Shown here piece after piece: positions 19,222 to 26,888 of a stretch of DNA of 32,000 nt. Origin of the DNA: Rhodobacter capsulatus SB 1003 (GTDB lineage Bacteria; Pseudomonadota; Alphaproteobacteria; Rhodobacterales; Rhodobacteraceae). Location of the stretch: NCBI RefSeq assembly GCF_000021865.1, contig NC_014034.1, positions 840,001 to 872,000 of the forward strand. The letters are read 5' to 3'. The notes beneath the pieces were generated by a model. That model did no database searches and was not told where the DNA came from. It saw only the letters and a program-made list of their open reading frames with translations. Each line of letters starts with the position of its first letter. The stretch's first letter is position 1. The position numbers and the translations under genes are program-made.

Positions 19222-21932
19222 GCTCTTCGCCCGGAAGGATCGATGCCGATCTGGCGGGGGGCTTCGGCCACGATCTGGTGACGCTGACCGAGTTGCAGTT
19301 CCGTCAGGTCGAGGGCGCGCTGACGGCGGCGGGTCTGGATGAGGCGGTGCTTCTCGGCTTCAACCGGCTGCGTCTGGGCGTTGTCGAACAGGCCGCCGCG
19401 CTGGGCCAGCTGATCGAGGAGGGGGCGCGTCAGCAAGCCGATCTGGAGGCGATGCACCGGCTCTTGCGCGACGCGCCGGTGCCGATCCTCAGCATCGATG
19501 CGACGCTGGGCCTGCATTATTCGAACGAGGCGGCGCGGCGGTTTCTGGGCGAAAGCTTCGAGCAGAACGGCGGGGCGGCGCTGCGCCGGTCGCTGACGCG
19601 GCCGCAGATCGGGCGGCTGTCGGCGGCTTTGGCGCGGGCGGGCGATCCGGCGGCGCCCGCGGCGGCGGATCTGACCCTTGTCTTCGCCCTGGCCCCCGGG
19701 CAGACCCGCCGGGCGCAGGCGGCGCTGTTGCGGGCGCGCAAGCCGCAGCCCGAGACCCCCGGCCGCTGGTGGCTGCTGCTGCTGCCCGACCCCGGTTCCG
19801 CGCCGGAAACCAGCCCCGGAACCGATCCTGCGCTGGCGCATGCGGGCGCCGATCTGCGGCGGCTCTTGCTGGATGCCTTCCCCGATCCGGTCAGCGTCAC
19901 CGATGCCGACGGCCGGGTCTGCCTGGTGAACCGGGCTTTCCTGCGCGCCAACGGCCGCAGCGAGGCCGAGGTGATCGGCCAGCTGCCGCAGGATTTCCTG
20001 CCGCTGATCGAGGCGCTGCATGCCGCGCAGCTGGATGCCCGGGTGCGCAGGACGCAAAGCGGGATCACGCTGGAACAGACGCGGCTGCGCCCGGCGGACA
20101 GTCTTGCGCCGCCGTCCCGGACGGTCTCTGCGGGCGGATGGGAACGGCTGCGCACGGAAAAGATGCCGCTCTTCGACGATTTCGGCGCTGTCGTCGGCGT
20201 CGTGACCCGCAGCCATGACGTGACCGAGGAAGTCCGCGCCCGCGAGCTGGCCGAGATGGTCTTCGACCAATCCTCGGAGGCGATCGTGCTGACCGATCCC
20301 GATCTGCGGATCCTGCGCGCCAATGCCGCTTTCGAACAGGTGGCGGGCTTTGGTCAGGCGCGGCTGCTCGGGCGGCTGCTCGAGGGGCTTCTGGTCGCGA
20401 TGGCCGCGCCGGGGCCGGGTCCCGCGACAGAGACGAGCGCACCGCAGGACGGCTGGCTGGCCGAGCTGCGCGCGCGCGGCCTCTGGCGCGGCGAGGCGGT
20501 GCTGCGTTCCTCTGAAGGCAAGTCGATGATCTGCTGGAGCCGGATCACCCGTCTGGCCGATGCTTCGGGGCGGGTGCTGGGCCATGTGGCGATGTTTTCC
20601 GACCTGACGCCCTTGCGGCAGGCGCAGGCGGACAACCTGCGGCTGGCGAATTACGACCTGCTGACCGGGTTGCCGAACCGCACCCTCTTGGGCGAGCGGA
20701 TCGACGGCTGGATCGAACGGGCGGGGCATGGCGGGCGCGGCTTTGCGGTGCTTTTCATCGATCTCGACCAGTTCAAGTCGGTCAATGACACGCTGGGCCA
20801 TGAAACCGGCGACATGCTGCTCTCGGCGGTGGCGCAAAGGCTGCGGATCGGCGCCGGGGCGGATCATTTCATCGCCCGGATCGGCGGCGACGAATTCGTG
20901 CTGCTTTTGCGCGACACCGGCGCCGAGGCGGCGCAGCGGCAGGCGCTGGCGCTGCTCGAGGCGCTGGCGCTGCCGATCGACCTGCCGGGGCTGCATCAGT
21001 ATCGCCCGGCGGCGACGGTGGGGATCGCCTGTTTCGGCGCCCATGGCGACAGCCGCGACGTGCTGTTGCGCAATGCCGATCTGGCGATGTACGCGGGCAA
21101 GATGAGCCGTCGCACGGTGATGCTTTACGAACCGCAGATGGGGGTCGAGGCGGCGCGCGAGCTGGATTTGCGCCATGCGCTGGCGGGCGCGGTCGAGCGC
21201 GGCGAGATGGTGCTGCAGTTCCAGCCGCTTTTCGGTCTGCACGACCGCGGCCTGCGCGGCTGCGAGGCGCTGATCCGCTGGAACCGCCCCGGCCGCGGCC
21301 TGATCACCCCGGGCGATTTCCTGCCCGTCGCGCAGCGGGCGGGGCTGATGCCCGCGCTCGATCGCTGGGTCTTCGGCGAGGCGACGCGGACCCTGTGCCG
21401 CTGGCGCAAATCCGGGCGGGTGGGGGCCGACTGGCTGATGTCGATCAACCAGACCGCCGCCGATCTGGCCGCGCCCGACTGGGCCGAGGCGCTGACCGGC
21501 TGCGCGGGCTGCGCCTGCGACTGCACCGGGCTGCAGATCGAGCTGACCGAGGATCAGCTGGCCGACCGGGTTCCGGGCGCGGTCGAGGCGCTTGGGCGGT
21601 TGCGCGCGCGCGGGCTGCGGCTGGCGATCGACGATTTCGGCGCCGGCTATTCCTGTCTGGCCTATCTGGCGCGGCTGCCGGTCTCGATGCTGAAGATCGA
21701 CGCGCATTTCGTGCGCGGCATCGAGGCGGACCGCAACGCCCGGCTGATCGTCGAGGCGATCACCGGGCTGGCGCGGCGCTTCGGCTATGCGACGCTGGCC
21801 GAGGGGATCGAGACCGAGGCCGAGGCGGCGACGCTGGCGGCGATGGGCTGCGACATGGGGCAGGGGTTCCTGCTGGCGCCGCCGCTTTCCGCCGCGGCCT
21901 TCGAGGCGCGGTTTCTGGGCCCGCCGCTCTAG
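19218..21932 (+). CDS. PAS-PAS-GGDEF-EAL c-di-GMP turnover protein
   Basis: The start overlaps the upstream stop (ATGA). GGDEF-domain motifs are LTGLPNR and RIGGDEF. EAL-domain motifs are CEALIRW, DDFGAGYS, EGIETE and QGFLL. The exact start is uncertain. Confidence 0.85.
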   Translation: MSSSPGRIDADLAGGFGHDLVTLTELQFRQVEGALTAAGLDEAVLLGFNRLRLGVVEQAAALGQLIEEGARQQADLEAMHRLLRDAPVPILSIDATLGLHYSNEAARRFLGESFEQNGGAALRRSLTRPQIGRLSAALARAGDPAAPAAADLTLVFALAPGQTRRAQAALLRARKPQPETPGRWWLLLLPDPGSAPETSPGTDPALAHAGADLRRLLLDAFPDPVSVTDADGRVCLVNRAFLRANGRSEAEVIGQLPQDFLPLIEALHAAQLDARVRRTQSGITLEQTRLRPADSLAPPSRTVSAGGWERLRTEKMPLFDDFGAVVGVVTRSHDVTEEVRARELAEMVFDQSSEAIVLTDPDLRILRANAAFEQVAGFGQARLLGRLLEGLLVAMAAPGPGPATETSAPQDGWLAELRARGLWRGEAVLRSSEGKSMICWSRITRLADASGRVLGHVAMFSDLTPLRQAQADNLRLANYDLLTGLPNRTLLGERIDGWIERAGHGGRGFAVLFIDLDQFKSVNDTLGHETGDMLLSAVAQRLRIGAGADHFIARIGGDEFVLLLRDTGAEAAQRQALALLEALALPIDLPGLHQYRPAATVGIACFGAHGDSRDVLLRNADLAMYAGKMSRRTVMLYEPQMGVEAARELDLRHALAGAVERGEMVLQFQPLFGLHDRGLRGCEALIRWNRPGRGLITPGDFLPVAQRAGLMPALDRWVFGEATRTLCRWRKSGRVGADWLMSINQTAADLAAPDWAEALTGCAGCACDCTGLQIELTEDQLADRVPGAVEALGRLRARGLRLAIDDFGAGYSCLAYLARLPVSMLKIDAHFVRGIEADRNARLIVEAITGLARRFGYATLAEGIETEAEAATLAAMGCDMGQGFLLAPPLSAAAFEARFLGPPL

Positions 21933-21934
21933 CC

Positions 21935-21990
21935 CGCCTTTCGCCCCCCTGTCCTTTCGCCCGCTGTCCTTTCGCGCCCTGTCCTTTCGC
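21935..21990. repeat. 15-bp tandem repeat, three full copies plus one partial (core CTGTCCTTTCGC)
   Basis: Full cores lie at 21949-21960, 21964-21975 and 21979-21990. A partial CGCCTTTCGC lies at 21935-21944. The array begins 3 nt after the stop of the GGDEF-EAL gene. Confidence 0.8.
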
Positions 21991-22046
21991 CGCGGCCGCC
22001 CTATCCTTGGAAAAGCTGCAAACCCCGGCTCGAAAGGAGCAAGATC

Positions 22047-22253
22047 ATGTCGAACCTGCCGCCCTCGCCGCTTGGCACCTCGAAGAATTATCTGATCGCG
22101 ATCGGCGTGGCCCTGGTGCTGGGCGGGTTCGAATTCTTCGGGATCTGGCGCCACGAGGAACGCGCCAAGGCCCAGGCCGCCGCCACCGCCGCCGCGACGG
22201 CGAAACCGGCCCCCGCCAGCTCCGCTCCCGCCCATTCGGCGCCTGCGAACTGA
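22047..22253 (+). CDS. Small hypothetical membrane protein (68 aa, one TM helix, Ala/Pro-rich tail)
   Basis: AAAGGAG lies 7 nt upstream of the ATG. GC3 is strongly high across the ORF. The TM segment is YLIAIGVALVLGGFEFFGIW. I see no recognisable family. Confidence 0.55.
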   Translation: MSNLPPSPLGTSKNYLIAIGVALVLGGFEFFGIWRHEERAKAQAAATAAATAKPAPASSAPAHSAPAN

Positions 22254-22264
22254 GGGCACGCAAA

Positions 22265-22286
22265 CAGGCGCGGTTTCCCGCGCCTG
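22265..22286. terminator. Hairpin between convergent genes (small ORF and sqr)
   Basis: The stem is a perfect 9 bp, CAGGCGCGG-TTTC-CCGCGCCTG. On the - strand it is followed by TTTG. No T-run follows on the + strand. Confidence 0.5.
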
Positions 22287-22313
22287 CCTGTCCGTCCGGG
22301 GGCAGCGGGGGCG

Positions 22314-23597
22314 CTATCCCTTTTTGACGGCCTTCAGCTTGTCGATGCCCAGAAACTTCATCGCGGCCTTTTCATAGAAGGTCTCGGAGGTCCCGCGGCG
22401 CAGCTTGTGCATGAAATAGCGCTCGAACCCCTCCTTGGCCCAATGCACCCATTTGCCCTGGCTCGACCAGTTCACGTTGCGCGGCGGGATCTGCGGCTGC
22501 GCGACAAAGGCGATGCCCTGATCGCCGAAATCGGCCAGACAGACGGCGTTCCAGCTGCCGACCTCGTCGGCCTCAAACCCGCGCACGATCCGGCCGATGT
22601 TGTGGGCGGTGGCGGTGACCATGCTTTCGATCATGAAGCCGGTCTTCGGCACGCCGCAGGGCACCGGCGTCGGCCCGATCGGCGGGATCGCCACGCAGAC
22701 GCCGACCGCGAAGACGTTCTTGAAGGTCGGGTTCTGCTGGTGCTGATCGACGATGACGAAGCCGCGCGGATTGACCAGCCCCTCGATCCCCATCAGCGCC
22801 TTGATGCCGCGGAACGCGGGCAGCATCATCGCATAGCCGAAGGGCAGCTCTTTCTCGGGCTTGACCGTGCCGTCCTCGGTCACCTCCTCGACCACCATCT
22901 TGCCCTTTTCGACGCGTTTGATCCGGGTCGAGGTCATCCATTTGATGTGCTTGTCGCGCAGGTTGCCTTCGAGCAGGCCCTTGGTGTCGCCCACCCCGTC
23001 CAGCCCCAGATGCCCGACATAGGGCTCCGAGGTGACGAAGGTCATCGGCACCTTGTCGCGGATCTTGCGCTTGCGCAGCGCGGTATCAAGGATGAAGGTG
23101 AATTCGTAAGCCGGGCCGAAGCAGCTGGCGCCCTGCGCCGCGCCGATGAGGATCGGGCCGGGGTTTTCGCAAAAGCGGTCAAAGGCCAGACGCGCCTCCT
23201 CGGCATGGTCGATATGGCAGATCGATTGCGTGTGGCCCTCGGGGCCGAAGCCCTCGATCTCGTCGAAGGCCAGTTCCGGGCCGGTGGCGATGACGATCTG
23301 GTCGTAGCTGACCGACTGGCCGTTTTCCAGCTCGACCCGGTTTTCCGCCGGATGCAGGCGCTTCGCTGCCACCGGGATGAAGTCGATGTTCTTGCGCGCC
23401 ATCGTCGGCGCAAGGTCCACGGTGATCTCCTTGCGGTCGCGCCAGCCCACCGCCACCCAGGGGTTCGAGGGCACGAAATGATACATCGGGTCCTTGGTGA
23501 TGACGGTGACCTTGTCTTCCTTGCGCACCTGTTCGCGCAATTCATATGCCATGATGGCGCCGCCCAAACCGGCACCCAGAACCACGATATGAGCCAT
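22314..23597 (-). CDS. sqr: Sulfide:quinone oxidoreductase (type I SQR flavoprotein)
   Basis: The protein starts MAHIVVLGAGLGGA (FAD-binding fold). GGAGGG precedes ATG 23597. The protein is 427 aa and I recognise it as the R. capsulatus SQR sequence. The ORF-track start at 23645 lies in the promoter region. Confidence 0.92.
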   Translation of the reverse strand: MAHIVVLGAGLGGAIMAYELREQVRKEDKVTVITKDPMYHFVPSNPWVAVGWRDRKEITVDLAPTMARKNIDFIPVAAKRLHPAENRVELENGQSVSYDQIVIATGPELAFDEIEGFGPEGHTQSICHIDHAEEARLAFDRFCENPGPILIGAAQGASCFGPAYEFTFILDTALRKRKIRDKVPMTFVTSEPYVGHLGLDGVGDTKGLLEGNLRDKHIKWMTSTRIKRVEKGKMVVEEVTEDGTVKPEKELPFGYAMMLPAFRGIKALMGIEGLVNPRGFVIVDQHQQNPTFKNVFAVGVCVAIPPIGPTPVPCGVPKTGFMIESMVTATAHNIGRIVRGFEADEVGSWNAVCLADFGDQGIAFVAQPQIPPRNVNWSSQGKWVHWAKEGFERYFMHKLRRGTSETFYEKAAMKFLGIDKLKAVKKG

Positions 23598-23635
23598 CTG
23601 TCCCTCCCCGAACTGGCTGTCGGGCCGAAGCCCGT

Positions 23636-23673
23636 ATATGCACATATGAGAATATGAATAGGCAACCTGTCAA
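23636..23673 (-). promoter_or_regulatory. Candidate sqr promoter (TTGACA-N16-TCTCAT on the - strand) with an overlapping inverted repeat ATATG-CA-CATAT
   Basis: The -35 hexamer is at 23668-23673 and the -10 hexamer at 23646-23651. The inverted repeat at 23636-23647 spans the -10 and +1 region. This is an AT-rich island in GC-rich DNA. Confidence 0.4.
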
Positions 23674-23701
23674 GCGGGAAGATCGGTCCCGCGGATCAGG
23701 C

Positions 23702-23733
23702 GAAAAAGAAAGGGGCGGACCAGCGTCCGCCCC
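23702..23733 (-). terminator. Rho-independent terminator after the BMP-family binding-protein gene
   Basis: On the - strand the stem is a perfect 9 bp, GGGGCGGAC-GCTG-GTCCGCCCC. It is followed by TTTCTTTTTC. Confidence 0.8.
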
Positions 23734-23760
23734 ACAACCTTAGCATGAATTTGCGTCAGG

Positions 23761-24843
23761 TCACTTCGGCATTTCGGCCTTGATGCCCTCGACGAAGAAG
23801 TTCAGACCGGCCAGCTCGCCATCTTCGGGGGTCTTGCCCTCGGCCAGCCAGTCCGAGCCGTCCTGCTTCTTCAGCGGGCCGGTGAACGGGTGATAGGAGC
23901 CGTCGGAGATCTTCGCGATCAGCGCCTCGGCTTCGGCCTTCACCTCGGCGGGGACCGCCTCGGTGATGTCGCCGATCTTCACCATGCCGGTGCCGATGCC
24001 GCCCCAGGTGCCTTCCGAGGCCCAGCTGCCATCGACCAGCGCCTGGGCGCGCTTGATGTAATAGGGCGCCCAGTTGTCGATCGTCGAGGCGACGCGCGGC
24101 GAGGGCTTGAAGGCTTCCATGTCCGAGGCCTGCCCGAAGGTGAAGACATTGCCCGCTTCCTGCGCCTTCGCCTGCGGTGCGGTCGAGTCGGTGTGCTGCA
24201 GGATGAAATCGCAGCCCTCGGCGATCAGCGCGGCGGCGGCGTCGGCCTCTTTCGCCGGGTCGAACCAGGTATAGGCCCAGACCACCTTGATCTCGACATC
24301 CGGGTTCACCTTTTTCGCGTGGATATAGGCGGCGTTGATGCCCTGGATCACCTCGGGGATCGGGAACGACCCGATGTAGCCGATCTTGTTCGTCTTCGTC
24401 ATCCGGCCCGCGATCGTGCCCTGCACCGCGCGGCCTTCGTAGAAGCGCGCATCATAGGTGGCCAGGTTCTCGGCGCGCTTGTAGCCCGTCGCGTGCTCGA
24501 ACTTCACGTTCGGGAATTTCGCCGCGACATTCACCGTCGCATCCATGAAGCCAAACGAGGTCGCGAAGATCAGCTGGTTGCCCTCGAGCGCGAGCTGGGT
24601 CAGGGCGCGTTCGGCATCCGGGCCTTCGGGCACGTTCTCGATGAAGGAGGTGACGACCTTGCCGCCCAGCGCCGCCTCCATTTCGCGGCGGGCGACGTCA
24701 TGCTGATACGACCAGCCCATGTCGCCCACCGGGCCGACATAGATGAAGCCGATCTTCAGCGGATCGGCGGCGGCCACCGGCAGGCCGACGGCGGCAAGCG
24801 TCGCGGTGGCGGCGGTGGTTTTCAGGAAGGATCTGCGGTCCAT
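23761..24843 (-). CDS. BMP/PnrA-family ABC substrate-binding protein (purine/nucleoside type) with a twin-arginine-like signal
   Basis: The N-terminus is MDRRSFLKTTAATATLAAVGLPVAAADP. The rest is a BMP-family periplasmic binding-protein sequence (GFIYVGPVGDMGW..., FGQASD). AAGGAAG lies upstream of the ATG. Confidence 0.85.
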   Translation of the reverse strand: MDRRSFLKTTAATATLAAVGLPVAAADPLKIGFIYVGPVGDMGWSYQHDVARREMEAALGGKVVTSFIENVPEGPDAERALTQLALEGNQLIFATSFGFMDATVNVAAKFPNVKFEHATGYKRAENLATYDARFYEGRAVQGTIAGRMTKTNKIGYIGSFPIPEVIQGINAAYIHAKKVNPDVEIKVVWAYTWFDPAKEADAAAALIAEGCDFILQHTDSTAPQAKAQEAGNVFTFGQASDMEAFKPSPRVASTIDNWAPYYIKRAQALVDGSWASEGTWGGIGTGMVKIGDITEAVPAEVKAEAEALIAKISDGSYHPFTGPLKKQDGSDWLAEGKTPEDGELAGLNFFVEGIKAEMPK

Positions 24844-24882
24844 GGGAGCTTCCTTGTTGCGGGCGGATGCCCGGGTTTGGCC

Positions 24883-25812
24883 TCAGCTCGAGGCGTGGAA
24901 CGACCGCCCCAGCGCCGCCGGCGCGGCCGGTGCCCCGTGGCGGTGGGTTGCGGACAGGATCACCAGCACAAGGACGGTGATCACGTAAGGCGCCATGGTC
25001 AGGAAATGCACCGGGATCGCATAGCCCGCCGCCTGCAGCTGCAGCTGCAGCGCGGTGATGCCGCCGAACATATAGGCGCCGATCAGCACGCGCTCGGCCC
25101 GCCAGCTGGCAAAGACGACGATGGCAAGGGCAATCCAGCCCGCCCCCGCGGTCATCCCCTCGGTCCATTGCGGCACGCGCACAAGCGACAGGTAAGCGCC
25201 GCCCAGCCCCGCCAGCGCGCCGCCAAAGGCCAGCGCCGCACAGCGCATGGCGATGACGCGATAGCCCAGCGCATGGGCGGCATCGTGGTTTTCGCCGACC
25301 GCGCGCAGGATCAGGCCCAGACGCGCATATTTCAGAAACGCCCAGACCCCGGCCACCAGCGCAAGCGAGACATAGACCATCCAGTCATGCCCGAACAGGA
25401 TCGGCCCGATCACCGGCAGATCGGCGAGCGGCCCGAAGGGCATCTTGCCGGTCGCAGGCGGGCGCACGCCCTCGAACCCCTTGCCCGCAAGGGCCGAAAG
25501 CCCCAGCCCGAACAGCGTCAGCGCAAGGCCGGTGGCGGTCTGGTTCGACAGGAAGACCTGTGTCAGCAGGGCGAAAAGGCAGGCCAGAAGCGCCCCCGCC
25601 AGCGCGCCGCCCGCAAAGCCCAGAACCGGGCTGCCGGTGCCGACGGCCATGGCAAAGCCCGCGACGGCGCCGACGATCATCATCCCCTCGACGCCCAGGT
25701 TCAGCACGCCCGCCTTTTCCGCGACGAGCTCGCCCGTCGCCGCGAGAAGAACCGGCGTCGAGGCCGCCATCAGCGCCGCGATCAGGGTGACGATATCAAT
25801 GCCGCCAATCAT
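24883..25812 (-). CDS. ABC transporter permease (BMP-type sugar/nucleoside family)
   Basis: The start MIGGIDIVTLIAAL at 25812 overlaps the upstream permease stop (ATGA). The protein is multi-TM and hydrophobic. The ORF-track start at 26280 is an in-frame read-through of the upstream gene region. Confidence 0.85.
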   Translation of the reverse strand: MIGGIDIVTLIAALMAASTPVLLAATGELVAEKAGVLNLGVEGMMIVGAVAGFAMAVGTGSPVLGFAGGALAGALLACLFALLTQVFLSNQTATGLALTLFGLGLSALAGKGFEGVRPPATGKMPFGPLADLPVIGPILFGHDWMVYVSLALVAGVWAFLKYARLGLILRAVGENHDAAHALGYRVIAMRCAALAFGGALAGLGGAYLSLVRVPQWTEGMTAGAGWIALAIVVFASWRAERVLIGAYMFGGITALQLQLQAAGYAIPVHFLTMAPYVITVLVLVILSATHRHGAPAAPAALGRSFHASS

Positions 25813-26888
25813 TTCGAGCCCTTTCCGACGCGCAGACGGTACTGCGTGAGCAGGTCGAATCCCAAGAGGAAAAACAAAAGCATGCCCTGGAACACCTGAA
25901 TGGCGGCAGTGGGCAGGCCCAGCATCAGCTGCGCCATGTCGCCGCCGATATAGGTCAGCGCCATCAGAAGCCCGGCCAGCAAGATCCCGATCGCGTTCAG
26001 CCGCCCGAGGAAGGCGACGATGATCGCGGTGAAGCCATAGCCCGCGTTGAAACTGTCGGTGATCTGACCCGAGGGGCCCGCCACTTCGAACATCCCCGCA
26101 AGACCCGCCAGCGCCCCCGAAAGCCCCAGACAGAACATCACCAGTTTCGCGGGCAGCACGCCCGCGAACCGCGCCGCCCGCGGGGCCTCGCCCGCCACAC
26201 GGATGCGAAAGCCCGCGATGTGGCGGCTCATCAGCACATAGGTGGCGATGACCGCGACAAAGGCCGCCACGACGCCCCAATGCATGCCGGTGCCCGCGAT
26301 CAGTTCCGGGTTATGGGCCGAAGGGTATTGCTGCAGGTTGCGCGAGCCGGGAAAGCCGTAGCCCTCGGGGTTCTTCAAGGGGCCAAAGGCCGCCCAGGCG
26401 AGGAAATTCTGCGCCACATAGACCAGCATCAGCGACACGAGGATCTCGGACGTGCCGAAAAGCACCTTCAGCACCGCCGGGATCATCCCCCAAAGCCAGC
26501 CGCCCAGCGCGCCCGCCACCACCATCGCCGGGAAAAGCCAATGGCTTTCGGCCGGAAAGGCGGCAAGGGCGACCGAGGCCCCGGCCAGCGCGCCGATGAT
26601 ATATTGCCCCTCGGCGCCGATGTTCCAGATCCCCGCGCGGAACCCCACCGCCAGCCCCGCCGCGATCAGGATCAGGGGCCCGGCCTTGACCAGCAGCTGG
26701 CCGCGGAAATAGGCGGCATTCGGGCCGAAAAGCGGGTCGTAAAAGATCACCTTGATCGCTGCGACCGGATCCTTGCCCAGAATGGCGAAAAGCACGCCGC
26801 CCGCGATCATCGTGGCCAGCACGGCCAGAACCGGCGTGGTGAAGGACCAAAAGCGCGAGGGCGTCGGGCGTTTGACAAGCGTGATCAC
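25809..26888 (-). CDS. ABC transporter permease (BMP-type sugar/nucleoside family)
   Basis: The GTG start at 26888 overlaps the ATPase stop (GTGA). The protein is 359 aa and multi-TM. Confidence 0.85.
   Translation of the reverse strand: MITLVKRPTPSRFWSFTTPVLAVLATMIAGGVLFAILGKDPVAAIKVIFYDPLFGPNAAYFRGQLLVKAGPLILIAAGLAVGFRAGIWNIGAEGQYIIGALAGASVALAAFPAESHWLFPAMVVAGALGGWLWGMIPAVLKVLFGTSEILVSLMLVYVAQNFLAWAAFGPLKNPEGYGFPGSRNLQQYPSAHNPELIAGTGMHWGVVAAFVAVIATYVLMSRHIAGFRIRVAGEAPRAARFAGVLPAKLVMFCLGLSGALAGLAGMFEVAGPSGQITDSFNAGYGFTAIIVAFLGRLNAIGILLAGLLMALTYIGGDMAQLMLGLPTAAIQVFQGMLLFFLLGFDLLTQYRLRVGKGSK

Noticed and set aside
21935-21990. Tandem repeat considered as a CRISPR array
   Set aside because: The units are 15 bp and directly abut one another, with no unique spacers. 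No cas genes are present in the window.
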